From a virus (taxonomy: Duplodnaviria; Caudoviricetes): a stretch of DNA of 59,366 nt. Each line of letters begins with the position of its first letter. Within the stretch, counting starts at the first letter, position 1. The translations under genes were made by a program, and so were the position numbers. The DNA lies in IMG/VR virus record IMGVR_UViG_3300046779_001979, positions 1 to 59,366 of that record; one strand, given 5' to 3'. Positions 9,008-19,365 of the stretch are shown here, in pieces. The notes under the pieces are model-generated. The model did no database searches, was not told where the DNA came from, and saw only the letters and a program-made list of their open reading frames with translations.

Positions 9008-12000
9008 TTACTCTTGTTTCTTAGGTGGAGCTGTTGACGGGTCAACTTCTTCCAACAAAAATTTAAATACTTTATTTAGTTTATTGTTATACAAATATAA
9101 GTCTTTTTCTCCTTCAACTAAAGTGTAATCACCATATTCATTTTTTAAACTTAAGTCAGATGAATACACAATGTTCCATCTTAATGATGATGAACCTAAA
9201 TTTTGTGTTGCATTAAATCCTGGCGTTAAATGACCGTCATGGTCAAGTCTTAATTTTGCAGTACTCCAGTTTGTACTTCCATTTTTTGAAGTATGGAAAT
9301 ATATACTATGATCTTCTGTTGCAGTTGCGTTGTTTCTCCAATGACCTCCATATATTCTTAAATCGTTTCCATACGTTCTAATCATTCCATCGTAGTTACC
9401 TGTAACACCCAATTCTAAACTATCATAATCACTTAAACCTGATAATTTTAAACCCGGTGTACCAGTCGACCCTCCACCTGAAGTTGCTGCAGTTAATTTT
9501 AAAAAATTAAGTGATGGTGAATCTGAAGTTCTAACGTTCTGATTCATATTGGCGGCGTATGAATAAGCAACACTATCCAATAAACGACCACCACCGTTTG
9601 TTGTATCAATATATGCTCTTAATGTATTTGCAGTACCATTTACTTGTCTAAATTTCCAAACACCACCATATTCAATAAAATTCATGACATCAGTTGGGGT
9701 TACGGTTGTAACAGTTGCATCTGAAAAATCACCTCTCATTACAATACCATGATAGTTATCCGAACCACCCTGAATCATACCAAATATACTTGCATTTGAT
9801 ACCGTAAGTTTAGTACCATTATATTGTAGATATTGTTCTCCTTGAATTAAACCTGCAGTTCCTGTTGCAGTTAAAACGTAATTGTCTGTGTTACTATTGA
9901 TTGTGGCAGCACCACTAGAACCTGATGAACCCGAACTACCACTTGTTCCTGATGAACCAGAGGACCCGCTTGATCCTGACGTACCTGAAGAACCAGAACT
10001 ACCACTTGTTCCTGAACTTCCACTAGTACCTGAAGAGCCTGAACTTCCGCTAGTACCTGAAGAGCCTGAACTTCCGCTAGTACCTGATGTTCCAGATGAC
10101 CCCGATGAGCCACTAGTACCACTACTACCTGATGACCCCGATGTCCCACTTGTTCCAGAAGAACCTGAACTTCCTGAAGTACCACTAGTACCTGATGACC
10201 CTGAAGAACCTGATGTTCCACTTGTTCCTGAAGAACCTGAACTTCCCGAAGTACCGCTAGAACCTGAACTTCCCGATGTTCCACTACTACCAGAAGAACC
10301 GCTTGTTCCTGATGTGCCTGATGAACCATTTGAACCAGATGTTCCACTAGTACCACTTGAGCCAGAAGAACCACTAGAACCACTTGTTCCCGAAGAACCT
10401 GAACTACCACTTGTACCAGATGTCCCTGAGCTACCGCTAGAACCTGATGAACCGCTCGTACCTGAAGAACCAGATGAGCCTGAAGTACCACTTGTACCAG
10501 AAGTTCCCGATGTTCCACTTGAACCACTACTACCACTAGTTCCAGAAGAACCAGATGTACCCGAAGTACCTGATGTTGCAGCAGTGTATGATGTTCCGTT
10601 AATGAATAGTGAACCTGTTACAGATAAACTACCCGCAACACCGATTGCACCACCACTTTCGGTAATGATTGAATTATCAAGGTGGTCACCACCAACTGAT
10701 TTTGGAATTCTACCTGATGTTAATGCGACCTCCTCACCTAATGAACCAGTGTTTCTTGGTCCTGATAATAACATACCTCCACTATATAAAGAACCACTTG
10801 CATTTTGATAAATAAATCTATTGTTTAGTGAGTCCCATAAGAATGAAGCAGTTCCATTTGCCGAACCCGAATCATATATTTTTAAACCACCAAATCTTTC
10901 CGATGGTTCGTTAACATTTACTGAAATAAACGAAGTATCCACATTCAATTGTGATGATGTTACATACACAATAGAAGCGGAACCTAAAACTGTAAAATCT
11001 TGAGTTACCCATAAGGAACCCGTTATATATTGATTACCGACTAATTTTAAATTGTTACCATCAAATGTTAAGTTAGACTCAACAGTCACATTTGGAGATG
11101 TTCCGTCTAATGTTAAAAGACCGTTATCTTGTGTTCCTGTCATTGTTACAGTACCTGAAGAACCGCTCGAACCAGATGTTCCTGACGTACCCGATGACCC
11201 TGAAGAGCCCGAGCTTCCACTAGTACCTGAAGAGCCTGACGTACCAGAAGAACCTGAACTTCCCGAAGTACCACTAGTTCCAGAACTACCACTTGAACCC
11301 GATGAACCTGATGTTCCGCTAGAACCTGAACTACCTGATGAACCTGACGTTCCACTACTACCAGAAGAACCACTTGTTCCTGATGTTCCAGAAGAACCCG
11401 ATGAACCGCTCGTACCGCTACTACCAGAAGAACCACTTGTTCCCGATGTACCTGACGTACCCGATGTACCCGCAGTTCCAGATGAACCACCACTACCTGA
11501 TGTTCCACTAGTTCCTGAACTTCCACTTGACCCACTAGTACCACTAGTTCCTGAGCTTCCACTTGAACCACTAGTACCGCTAGTACCCGAACTACCACTT
11601 GTACCACTAGTTCCTGAGCTTCCACTTGAACCACTAGTTCCTGATGTTCCGGCAGACCCTGAAGAACCCGAACTACCTGATGTACCGGCAGTTCCTGATG
11701 TTCCACTGGAACCTGAACTTCCAGATGTTCCGCTTGACCCAGATGAACCTGAAGTACCGCTAGAACCTGAACTTCCCGAACTACCTGAAGTACCACTAGT
11801 ACCAGAACTTCCACTTGTACCTGACGTACCTGATGTTGCGGCATTATATGATGTGCCATTTATTACCACATCACCTGTCACATAGACTGAACCTGTAACG
11901 AAAGTATCGTCGTTTATTCTTAAACCAACACCATCGTAAACTTGAGCATTGGTATTTCCGTCAGAAATTTTGTTTAATTGTAAACCTGTTACACCACTTG

Positions 12001-12250
12001 CTGGAATATTATATAATCCATTACCATCACCTGTAAAACTACCAGTAAAAGAACCGGTACGATATGATGATGTGAACTCACCAAATGACGATGTCAAAGT
12101 GTAACTCGCAGCGTGTGACGCGGAAACTGCGTTGGATGTAGTACCACTTATTGAAGCGTTTATTACTCCGTCTACTGTTAGGTTTCCCGCAATGTGACCA
12201 TTTCCGGCCACTTCCAACGAACCCGTTATACTGGCATCAAATATTTTCAT
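9008..12250 (-). CDS. Tail-fibre-like protein 1 with two (G-T/S-S)n repeat blocks
   Basis: Repeated TGS beta-type motifs, two Gly-x-Ser triplet blocks, C-terminal NLGSSSLRW...YTLVEGEKDLYLYNNK domain resembling phage fibre C-termini. Confidence 0.75.
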   Translation of the reverse strand: MKIFDASITGSLEVAGNGHIAGNLTVDGVINASISGTTSNAVSASHAASYTLTSSFGEFTSSYRTGSFTGSFTGDGNGLYNIPASGVTGLQLNKISDGNTNAQVYDGVGLRINDDTFVTGSVYVTGDVVINGTSYNAATSGTSGTSGSSGTSGTSGSSGSSGSSGTSGSSGSSGTSGSSGSSGTSGTAGTSGSSGSSGSAGTSGTSGSSGSSGTSGTSGSSGTSGTSGSSGSSGTSGTSGSSGSSGTSGTSGSGGSSGTAGTSGTSGTSGTSGSSGSSGTSGSSGSSGTSGTSGSSGSSGTSGSSGSSGSSGTSGSSGSSGSSGTSGTSGSSGSSGTSGSSGTSGSSGSSGSSGTSGTSGSSGSSGTVTMTGTQDNGLLTLDGTSPNVTVESNLTFDGNNLKLVGNQYITGSLWVTQDFTVLGSASIVYVTSSQLNVDTSFISVNVNEPSERFGGLKIYDSGSANGTASFLWDSLNNRFIYQNASGSLYSGGMLLSGPRNTGSLGEEVALTSGRIPKSVGGDHLDNSIITESGGAIGVAGSLSVTGSLFINGTSYTAATSGTSGTSGSSGTSGSSGSSGTSGTSGTSGTSGSSGSSGTSGSSGSSGSSGTSGTSGSSGSSGTSGSSGSSGSSGTSGTSGSNGSSGTSGTSGSSGSSGTSGSSGSSGTSGSSGSSGTSGTSGSSGSSGTSGTSGSSGSSGTSGTSGSSGSSGTSGSSGSSGTSGTSGSSGSSGTSGSSGSSGTSGSSGTSGSSGSSGTSGSSGSSGSSGTSGSSGSSGSSGAATINSNTDNYVLTATGTAGLIQGEQYLQYNGTKLTVSNASIFGMIQGGSDNYHGIVMRGDFSDATVTTVTPTDVMNFIEYGGVWKFRQVNGTANTLRAYIDTTNGGGRLLDSVAYSYAANMNQNVRTSDSPSLNFLKLTAATSGGGSTGTPGLKLSGLSDYDSLELGVTGNYDGMIRTYGNDLRIYGGHWRNNATATEDHSIYFHTSKNGSTNWSTAKLRLDHDGHLTPGFNATQNLGSSSLRWNIVYSSDLSLKNEYGDYTLVEGEKDLYLYNNKLNKVFKFLLEEVDPSTAPPKKQE
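9910..10580 (-). repeat. Coding (GTS/GSS)n triplet repeat, block 2 of fibre 1
   Basis: Degenerate 9-nt periodicity; includes an exact 27-nt tandem duplication at 10023-10076. Boundaries approximate. Confidence 0.9.
11150..11840 (-). repeat. Coding (GTS/GSS)n triplet repeat, block 1 of fibre 1
   Basis: Direct translation; boundaries approximate. Confidence 0.9.
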
Positions 12251-12272
12251 CTAAATATAATATTATACTTAG

Positions 12273-12280
12273 ATAAATAC
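12273..12280 (-). promoter_or_regulatory. Conserved GTATTTAT motif (putative late promoter)
   Basis: Same octamer lies 17-36 nt upstream of all three fibre genes and the Hint gene. Confidence 0.55.
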
Positions 12281-12306
12281 TTGCTTATTCGTATCTAAAA
12301 CCTAAA

Positions 12307-14427
12307 TTAGAACAATAACTTGTCAATCTCTTTTATAACGTCTTGAGATGTGATATTTTTAGAACATTCGAACTGTCTATCTGTGTTTTTATGTACGGGA
12401 CACCAATTCCAATCACCCATATCAAAATCAAACTTATTCCAACAACTATTACACACATCTTTGTTAATAATTCGACTAATACCTTCTAATGGTTCAGTAT
12501 ATACATCGGTAAAACCTGATATTAAAATTGTTGGTGTTCCGTTAGCCCAAGCTAACCAACTCAATCCACTACTGATTCCTATGAATAGTTCTGATTCTTG
12601 TAGAACCTCGATTACATCATTTAAAGTACCACTTGGTTGTTGGATAACTCCTTTGGGGTTATTGTTACCCATATAACCATCTTCTTCTCTTGATAGTAAT
12701 CTTACCTCATAACCTTTTTCGTTTAAGTAATCAGTAATTTCTTGCCATCCATTGGGGTTATTCCAATACTTACATTGTGCTGTTGAGTGGATAGCAATTG
12801 ATACTCGTTTTTTAACAGATTTACCAATCTTTTTTAATTTAGGTCTTATTTCTTTATATGATAGTCCTAAGATATCAGATGCCATTTTTGTTAGTGGTTC
12901 CGTTTTAGGGTCTGTTGGGTGACAAGAATAACAAATCGATTCTCGATTCTCGGTATAGAACATTCCTAATCTATATAACGCATATAAATTATCAACACTT
13001 GAACCTGGTTCAACAAATTTAATGTTTGGATATTGTTCTTTAAATAAATCATTAAAGAAAGTTGAACAAATTACTTCGCTTCCCGTTTGTTTTCTAAATT
13101 CTTCAACGTAAGGTATGTAGGCTAAGTTATCACCTAATGATTTAGTTTCGAACACAATGAAGATTCGTTGTTTTTTAGGATTAAATTTATACTCCAAATA
13201 ATAATCATTATCAATACCTTTAATTTTGATTAACCAATTGACATAGTATTTTATAGAACATCTTGCCCAATGATTACTCTTTAGGTTTAATTCATACTCA
13301 ACCTTATCATTCTTTAAGTTAATAAATTCAACATGATAGTTTGAATTATTATCGTTTAAGATTTCAACGAAAGGTCCATCCACAAAATTTAAATTAACCT
13401 TTGTATTCTTTTGGTCTTTAAAGATGTGTTTGGTTTCTACAATATTCATTTCCTTAAATTCGTCGGTCAAAGTTTCTTCAAATACTTTTACTCCTTGATA
13501 ATATACCTCAACCACTTTACCATTTTCAAATTTACCAATGTTTTGTAATTGATAGTTTCCTTTGTTAATGGTATGGAAACGATTGTAACCATTATAGTTT
13601 ATTTCAACTAAGTAATCTTTGTCCGCAGGTTTATTGTCAAACCCTGATATAAAATGAACATACAATTCATCATTCGTATCCACACCAAGATAAGTTTGGA
13701 ACCTCGCACCATTTCTTAAAATACCATTTCTATTCCATGCTGCGAATATGTTTAACTCCTCATCATTTGGAATGTACTTACTAACAAAAATATTATTGGT
13801 AACTTTATTTAGTGTTTGGTATAATTGTTTTTCTAACTGCCACGAATCGGGTTTGTTCTTAAAGAACTCCTCTTTAGTGTTTATTGAATCAATCATTGAT
13901 TGAGCAATCTCGGTCTTAATTGAGAAAATATATGCGGCACAATATGGGTTATCACCTTTAGTTGAATCTTTATCGTATTCATATACTACCGCATCGTGAT
14001 GTCTAATGTATTCAATGAAAGATTGTCGGTATTGAATGGTATCAGGTAAGTTATCATACTCTAAAAAATGTATGTACTTCTTACCTAACATATTGGCAAA
14101 ACCAAATGCATTTTTCATTGTTAACCAAATGGCATAGTCATGATGAAATTTGTTTTTATTGATAACCTTGTATTCGTTCATGTCTGACCACCTATCACTT
14201 TCAATACCATATTTGGTGAAATCTTCATGTAATAATAAATCGTTATTATTATCATAGATGTAGTAGTCGACCATTTTTTGTATCTCTTCATCAACAGCAT
14301 AGTGACCACATAAAATAATAGGATAGTTAAATGATTTTAAACTACCAATCAAATTCTTTAAGGTTTCTTTCTTTTCAATTGTATCTAACCAACAATCAAT
14401 TATAAAAATATCTTCGTTTGAGTTCAT
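12307..14427 (-). CDS. TibC/Aah-like (autotransporter O-heptosyltransferase family) protein glycosyltransferase with extra N-terminal domain
   Basis: NFVDGPFVEI, SLGDNLAYIPY, HSTAQCKYWNNPNGWQ, FIGISSGLSWLAWA, ISGF, CNSCWN...DWNWCPVHK...FECSKNIT (Cys cluster typical of this family). Confidence 0.8.
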   Translation of the reverse strand: MNSNEDIFIIDCWLDTIEKKETLKNLIGSLKSFNYPIILCGHYAVDEEIQKMVDYYIYDNNNDLLLHEDFTKYGIESDRWSDMNEYKVINKNKFHHDYAIWLTMKNAFGFANMLGKKYIHFLEYDNLPDTIQYRQSFIEYIRHHDAVVYEYDKDSTKGDNPYCAAYIFSIKTEIAQSMIDSINTKEEFFKNKPDSWQLEKQLYQTLNKVTNNIFVSKYIPNDEELNIFAAWNRNGILRNGARFQTYLGVDTNDELYVHFISGFDNKPADKDYLVEINYNGYNRFHTINKGNYQLQNIGKFENGKVVEVYYQGVKVFEETLTDEFKEMNIVETKHIFKDQKNTKVNLNFVDGPFVEILNDNNSNYHVEFINLKNDKVEYELNLKSNHWARCSIKYYVNWLIKIKGIDNDYYLEYKFNPKKQRIFIVFETKSLGDNLAYIPYVEEFRKQTGSEVICSTFFNDLFKEQYPNIKFVEPGSSVDNLYALYRLGMFYTENRESICYSCHPTDPKTEPLTKMASDILGLSYKEIRPKLKKIGKSVKKRVSIAIHSTAQCKYWNNPNGWQEITDYLNEKGYEVRLLSREEDGYMGNNNPKGVIQQPSGTLNDVIEVLQESELFIGISSGLSWLAWANGTPTILISGFTDVYTEPLEGISRIINKDVCNSCWNKFDFDMGDWNWCPVHKNTDRQFECSKNITSQDVIKEIDKLLF

Positions 14428-15086
14428 TATCTTTTTGTTATAATAATAATTCCGTTTAGGAAATTTATAGATTCGATATCGGTTCTACAACCCACTTGCA
14501 TTTGTTGGGATAAATCTGTTAACCAATCTTCTCGTCTTGCATGAACATTTGGTTTGTCATAATTCATTAAACCTCTAAAATTTATATCGTCAGAAAGTTT
14601 CTTAAAGTATTCCATTGTTGAATCGGATTTTAAATATCCTCCGCCCCAATCACTCCAATAAGATGTACCCACATCTTCAATGATGTAAACACCACCTGAC
14701 TTAACTGAACCAAATAAATGTTCAAACGAATAAATGACATGTTCATTCATATGTGAACCGTCATCTAAAATCATGTCGAATGGTCCATACTGTTGCCACG
14801 TTCTCGATAAAAACGCACCATCCGCTTGTGAACCAATCTCAATTGAGATGCCGGGTTCTTCAAACTTTTTACAATCGGGATTGATGTCGATACCTAAAAT
14901 TTGAGAACGATAAAAGTAATCTTTCCACGTTAAAAGAGATTTACCATCTAGTACACCAATTTCCATGATGTTTAGACTATCATATCTATTGAACGGTAGA
15001 TACTTTTGGTATTTAACACAGTAATTGTGTATATCAGAACTCTTATCGGTTCCGTGTGATTTCGCTATTTTGTCTAAAGTACTCAT
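14427..15086 (-). CDS. SAM-dependent (sugar) O-methyltransferase, MycE/TylE-like
   Basis: HGTDK..HNY, MEIGV, GIDI, GSQAD, FDMILDDGSH, GGVYIIED. Confidence 0.8.
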   Translation of the reverse strand: MSTLDKIAKSHGTDKSSDIHNYCVKYQKYLPFNRYDSLNIMEIGVLDGKSLLTWKDYFYRSQILGIDINPDCKKFEEPGISIEIGSQADGAFLSRTWQQYGPFDMILDDGSHMNEHVIYSFEHLFGSVKSGGVYIIEDVGTSYWSDWGGGYLKSDSTMEYFKKLSDDINFRGLMNYDKPNVHARREDWLTDLSQQMQVGCRTDIESINFLNGIIIITKR

Positions 15087-17803
15087 CTTGTAAAATATAT
15101 CATTTGTAAATTATCGTTATTTCCCATATACATTAGGTATGAATTAAAACCAAGTCTATTCATCCTATCGATTAAATCTTGTCTTAATTTTTCATCATAA
15201 TTAAAATGACTATGGTGGTATTCCATTGAAATGGTTTTCACTTTCATTAAATTACTATCACTTATCCCACCAAACGCATGATGTTCCGCACCTTCAATGT
15301 CTACCTTTAAGAAATCTATTTTATCTATCAATCCAGTATCGAAAAGATAATCTAAAGTATAAGTTCTAACTTTATATTCCTTCGCGTCTTTTTGTGTTCC
15401 AAATAAATTAGAACCACCTAAATGACTACTTTCATATAAACTTAATTCACCCATAGTGTTGCTAGCCGCAGCATTAAACAATACAGAACGTGGGTCTGCA
15501 TTTAATGAAAGTAATTTGAAGTATCTCTTATCAGGTTCAAATGAAATTACTTTACTTGCACCTTGACTATAAGCCCATCTATTGAATACTCCAATGTTAC
15601 CACCCAAATCAACTACCACATCACCTTCGTTAATTGTTCTTTCTCTATTCTTGTAGTAATCTCTTAAATTATATATTTCATGGAAAATAGCTGGAGCCCA
15701 ACCAAATTTATTGGCAACATCCATAGTTGATCCTTCATATTCAGATAGGGACTCGTAGTTTTCTAATTTGTATATGTCAGTATAAAAACATTTTGATTTG
15801 TAGAATGAATCATCTCTCTTCATTTTAATAAACTCAATCATCTTATCTGATATCTCAGCATTTTTATTTCCATGGAAATATATGATATCTGATTTATCTT
15901 TTGGGATGTATTGATAACCAAAAATTCTATTGAAATTTTGTGGGCCTTCTTCGTTCCAAAACTTATAAAATTGGTGTAATGTTCTATCTATAAATCCTTC
16001 GTCTCCGTCATATGATGATGTGTCAAAATTCGATAGTGGTAAATGATTTGTATATCCTTGTTTCCATCTTATTACATTATCAATTCCTTCATCATTCCAT
16101 AAGAAATATTTTTCATAATCTTGTGGGTTCTTTTCCATTGTTCTTTCATATATATGAATAATACTATGAAAGAACGATTCGGACCCATCATTGTAAATGA
16201 AGAAACAAACGTGCATATATGGTTGTTGTTTATCAACTCCCCATTTATTTGCAATCTCCTCATTAAATAATTGTGATTCTCCATCACCATACGTCCCAAA
16301 GAATTCTTCTTGTACATGAATATCTGATAATGGATATCTACCAACTCTATTAAAATATTTTTTAACTGTATCAATATTGTAATTTACAACGACATCACCA
16401 TCAACCCAAATATAATAATCATACCCTTCTTTTAATGATTCTAAACATGCGTGTTGTTTCCAATACCACTTATCATGTTTTGATATCTTAGGAGGAGTAA
16501 TTGTTCTTTTAATTACATTTGGGTAATCAAATGGTACTTCGCAGTCTACACCATAAACAATAATTTTATGAGTAGAAAATTCCAATAATGATTGTACTAA
16601 CTTTTCAATTACTGGCATGTAACCTATATTTCCTGTAGTTACAAACGTGAATGTCTTTTCATTTTTTGTTAATATATCTGAAGCACCTTTTGCAATTGTG
16701 TCCCAATTAAAATTCTTATGAATATCTTTAGATTCTTGTCTCGATTTAAATAATATTGCAGTGTGATAATTGTAAGCCTCAACCATTCTTAATGATAAAT
16801 CATTGAAGTCTGGTTCACAATATTCACCAGGTACATCTACATCACCAATATTTGCCTGTCTCATATGTGATATTGAAACGGGGATTCCTTTATCTTTTGC
16901 GAATTGTAATTGTCCACCGTAATTTGAATAAATTGATGGTGTTCCGCATGCCATCGCCTCAATTAACGGTAAGTTCCATCCTTCACTTCTTGCACATGAT
17001 AAAAACACATCCCCCTCTTGAAGATATTTTACATACTCTTCTCTACTTGGGAAATCAATATACTTAACGTTTTTATATAATAACTTATGTTCGACTATTC
17101 TTTCTTGTGTTGAATTCATACCATCTGATGGATATGGATTTTCAACGGAAGCAATTAACTCAACATTATCGTTGTCTTTAAATGTTTCTCCGAATGTTCT
17201 AATAATTTCGGTGGTTGATTTTCTATAATCCCATCTACCAAATAGTAAGAATCTAAATTTATCTTTCTTAGGAAAATTCTCAATTGGTTTAAACGTTTCT
17301 ACATCAACCCCTTCAGGTACGATTGAGATTTTTTGTTTTGGGTATCCTTGTTCTACTAACGAATCAAATTGCCATTGTGTTGGCACCCAAACCTCGTCGA
17401 AGTAATGTAATCTCTCAAAGAAATCGTCCGGATATCTTGTTGATTCCCAAACATTAAATGCAATTTTATATCCCTCATAATCCTCATAAAAATACTCATT
17501 ATCCATCTCACCCAATACAATATGAACATCAGGTATATAATTTCCATCATAATTATATAACGGAAAATCCGTTCTTGTGTTGTCAATGTTATATAACGTC
17601 TGTTGATATAACATATCTTTCATTTCATCCGTAATATACGATTCGTCGTCGTGAGCATTTATATTGTACCCTTTCCAACCGTTACCGATTGTCAAATTAC
17701 GAACTTTAACTGTATGATATTTGTTTAAAGCACAAAAGAAAGAACGTGCGTGATTAGCGTAACCCGTTGTACCAATAAAAGGAGCGTGTGCAAGTATTTT
17801 CAT
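15083..17803 (-). CDS. Three-domain fusion: GT4 glycosyltransferase + GT-A-like domain + FkbM-family methyltransferase
   Basis: TGYANHAR, EGWNLPLIEAMACGTP (GT4); WVDGDVVV (DxD); VVDLGGNIG, SFEP, IDFLKVDIEGAE (FkbM). Confidence 0.85.
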   Translation of the reverse strand: MKILAHAPFIGTTGYANHARSFFCALNKYHTVKVRNLTIGNGWKGYNINAHDDESYITDEMKDMLYQQTLYNIDNTRTDFPLYNYDGNYIPDVHIVLGEMDNEYFYEDYEGYKIAFNVWESTRYPDDFFERLHYFDEVWVPTQWQFDSLVEQGYPKQKISIVPEGVDVETFKPIENFPKKDKFRFLLFGRWDYRKSTTEIIRTFGETFKDNDNVELIASVENPYPSDGMNSTQERIVEHKLLYKNVKYIDFPSREEYVKYLQEGDVFLSCARSEGWNLPLIEAMACGTPSIYSNYGGQLQFAKDKGIPVSISHMRQANIGDVDVPGEYCEPDFNDLSLRMVEAYNYHTAILFKSRQESKDIHKNFNWDTIAKGASDILTKNEKTFTFVTTGNIGYMPVIEKLVQSLLEFSTHKIIVYGVDCEVPFDYPNVIKRTITPPKISKHDKWYWKQHACLESLKEGYDYYIWVDGDVVVNYNIDTVKKYFNRVGRYPLSDIHVQEEFFGTYGDGESQLFNEEIANKWGVDKQQPYMHVCFFIYNDGSESFFHSIIHIYERTMEKNPQDYEKYFLWNDEGIDNVIRWKQGYTNHLPLSNFDTSSYDGDEGFIDRTLHQFYKFWNEEGPQNFNRIFGYQYIPKDKSDIIYFHGNKNAEISDKMIEFIKMKRDDSFYKSKCFYTDIYKLENYESLSEYEGSTMDVANKFGWAPAIFHEIYNLRDYYKNRERTINEGDVVVDLGGNIGVFNRWAYSQGASKVISFEPDKRYFKLLSLNADPRSVLFNAAASNTMGELSLYESSHLGGSNLFGTQKDAKEYKVRTYTLDYLFDTGLIDKIDFLKVDIEGAEHHAFGGISDSNLMKVKTISMEYHHSHFNYDEKLRQDLIDRMNRLGFNSYLMYMGNNDNLQMIYFTR

Positions 17804-17810
17804 TGAGTAA

Positions 17811-17839
17811 AATATAATGAAAATAACTCAAAATAACAA
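17811..17839 (-). promoter_or_regulatory. Sigma70-like promoter, near-leaderless
   Basis: TTGTTA-N17-TATATT, 7 nt before the ATG at 17803. Confidence 0.5.
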
Positions 17840-18883
17840 CTAAATAAGGTTTTTATTTGCAACTATAAATTCATGAAAATTATGATAAACTTGTGGGTCA
17901 CCGTGTATCTTCATAACCTCATCTATAAATTGTGGATGCTCGGGATGCGATTCATCCCATATTTTTTCTTTCAAAAATTCCTCTTCAGTAAATGTGCCCC
18001 AATTGTTTATTTTAACAAATAAGACTAAAAGTTTTTTACCGAATATTTCTTTCATAATATCAACAAACATCTTCATTTCCTTATAGTTCTTTTGTTGGGT
18101 TACAAAGGATAGTTTAACTAATTTTAATGATTTTATGGTACTAATAAACTTTAAATTCTCAATAAGTCTATCCCATTTACCATTTAATCTAACTTTTGTT
18201 TCATATGTTTCCTTTGTTGCTGCATCGATACTAATTTCACATGAACCTACATAGTTATGTACATTTGGCATCGATTCCCACATTTCTTTAGACCAATTCG
18301 ATGCGTTGGTATGGAAATGTATATTTTTTAGTTTGGGGAATTTTGATGGGTCAAAGTTTTTAAGAAAGTTTCTATAGGATACTGATGCAAATGGGTCCCC
18401 ACTCGCACTTAAATATAACTCCTCAACATCCGAACCAAATACGTTTTCAATTTCCGTTATGGTGTTTTTTACCTCCTCAATTTTTTCTTTGTCGGCAGTG
18501 TAAACGGATTTTCTACAAGATGGACATTTATAGTTACAAGTTCTATCAAAATCAAAATCAATTCTACTTGGACTCTTTTCCGAAAAGAAATTATCTGGTA
18601 ATTTTGATTTATGTATAATTGGACCTTTGTCATCCACTTCATTATATCTTAATAGATGACTTAGGTATGGACATTGTTCGGTGTCACAGAATTTATATGA
18701 ACCATCGGTTACCGATTCTCTAATTTGTTTAGCAACATCTGAATTCCAAATGTCCTCAACTTTGATATCAACCGGTATATACTTTAACAACCATTCGGGA
18801 ACACATAATGCGTGGAAATATTCATGCATTTCTAATATTCTAAATGGATTTAAACATACGTAATCTTTTAAATTAGGTTTCAT
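17840..18883 (-). CDS. Radical SAM protein with N-terminal SPASM/Twitch-like domain (subfamily A)
   Basis: CNYKCPSC, SASGDPF, HTNA, SIDAAT; N-terminal C..PF...C...IWNS...C....CP. Confidence 0.88.
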   Translation of the reverse strand: MKPNLKDYVCLNPFRILEMHEYFHALCVPEWLLKYIPVDIKVEDIWNSDVAKQIRESVTDGSYKFCDTEQCPYLSHLLRYNEVDDKGPIIHKSKLPDNFFSEKSPSRIDFDFDRTCNYKCPSCRKSVYTADKEKIEEVKNTITEIENVFGSDVEELYLSASGDPFASVSYRNFLKNFDPSKFPKLKNIHFHTNASNWSKEMWESMPNVHNYVGSCEISIDAATKETYETKVRLNGKWDRLIENLKFISTIKSLKLVKLSFVTQQKNYKEMKMFVDIMKEIFGKKLLVLFVKINNWGTFTEEEFLKEKIWDESHPEHPQFIDEVMKIHGDPQVYHNFHEFIVANKNLI

Positions 18884-19365
18884 ATAATATTTTTGTTTAT
18901 CAATCTAAACCAAGTCACTAAACTATATCTTACCCCTTCGGTTATTGGTAAAACTCTATGTAATATTTTCTTATCCATAATAATAGATAGATTCGTTCGG
19001 GGGTTTATTATTTTTAATTCGTTGTTTACCACATATTCAAATTCTCCTCCGATGAAATCATCATTTAAATATGTCACTATGGTTAAGTCACTTTCATCTC
19101 TATGATAACCGTCATTTGTGTTTGTTTCCGGTATAATTTTATTTATAAAAATCCCGTTGTGTTGTATGTTATATTCATTACCAACAACATCCAAAACTCT
19201 ATTACGAAATTCATTTAAATTGGTGTCGTCGTATAAATGCATACTATTATAAAACCAATTAACACCATCAGGTATTGTTTGGTTATTCTTAACAAACGAC
19301 TCACATCTTGTAAGTATATAATTTAATTCGTTTTCTAATAATAGGTTAGAAAATGTTTTTATCAT
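18880..19365 (-). CDS. 2OG-Fe(II) oxygenase (prolyl-4-hydroxylase-like)
   Basis: YHRD, YLNDDFIGGEF, LHRVLP, RYSLVTW. Confidence 0.85.
   Translation of the reverse strand: MIKTFSNLLLENELNYILTRCESFVKNNQTIPDGVNWFYNSMHLYDDTNLNEFRNRVLDVVGNEYNIQHNGIFINKIIPETNTNDGYHRDESDLTIVTYLNDDFIGGEFEYVVNNELKIINPRTNLSIIMDKKILHRVLPITEGVRYSLVTWFRLINKNII

Noticed and set aside
9007-9045. Tracked upstream starts for 7933..9045 and 51823..52179
   Set aside because: They overlap the fibre C-termini; internal ATGs at 9006 and 52071 sit 1 nt after the upstream stop, and 9006 matches the paralogue leader.
9910-11840. Repeat arrays as possible CRISPR or non-coding satellite
   Set aside because: No constant repeat with unique spacers; variation is at synonymous positions within a coding frame.
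9871-11885. Long antisense (EPLVPELP...) and alternative-frame (VLQVVQ...) ORFs over fibre 1
   Set aside because: They are shadows of the Gly/Ser/Thr codon repeat, which lacks stops in those frames; they largely coincide with the repeat blocks.
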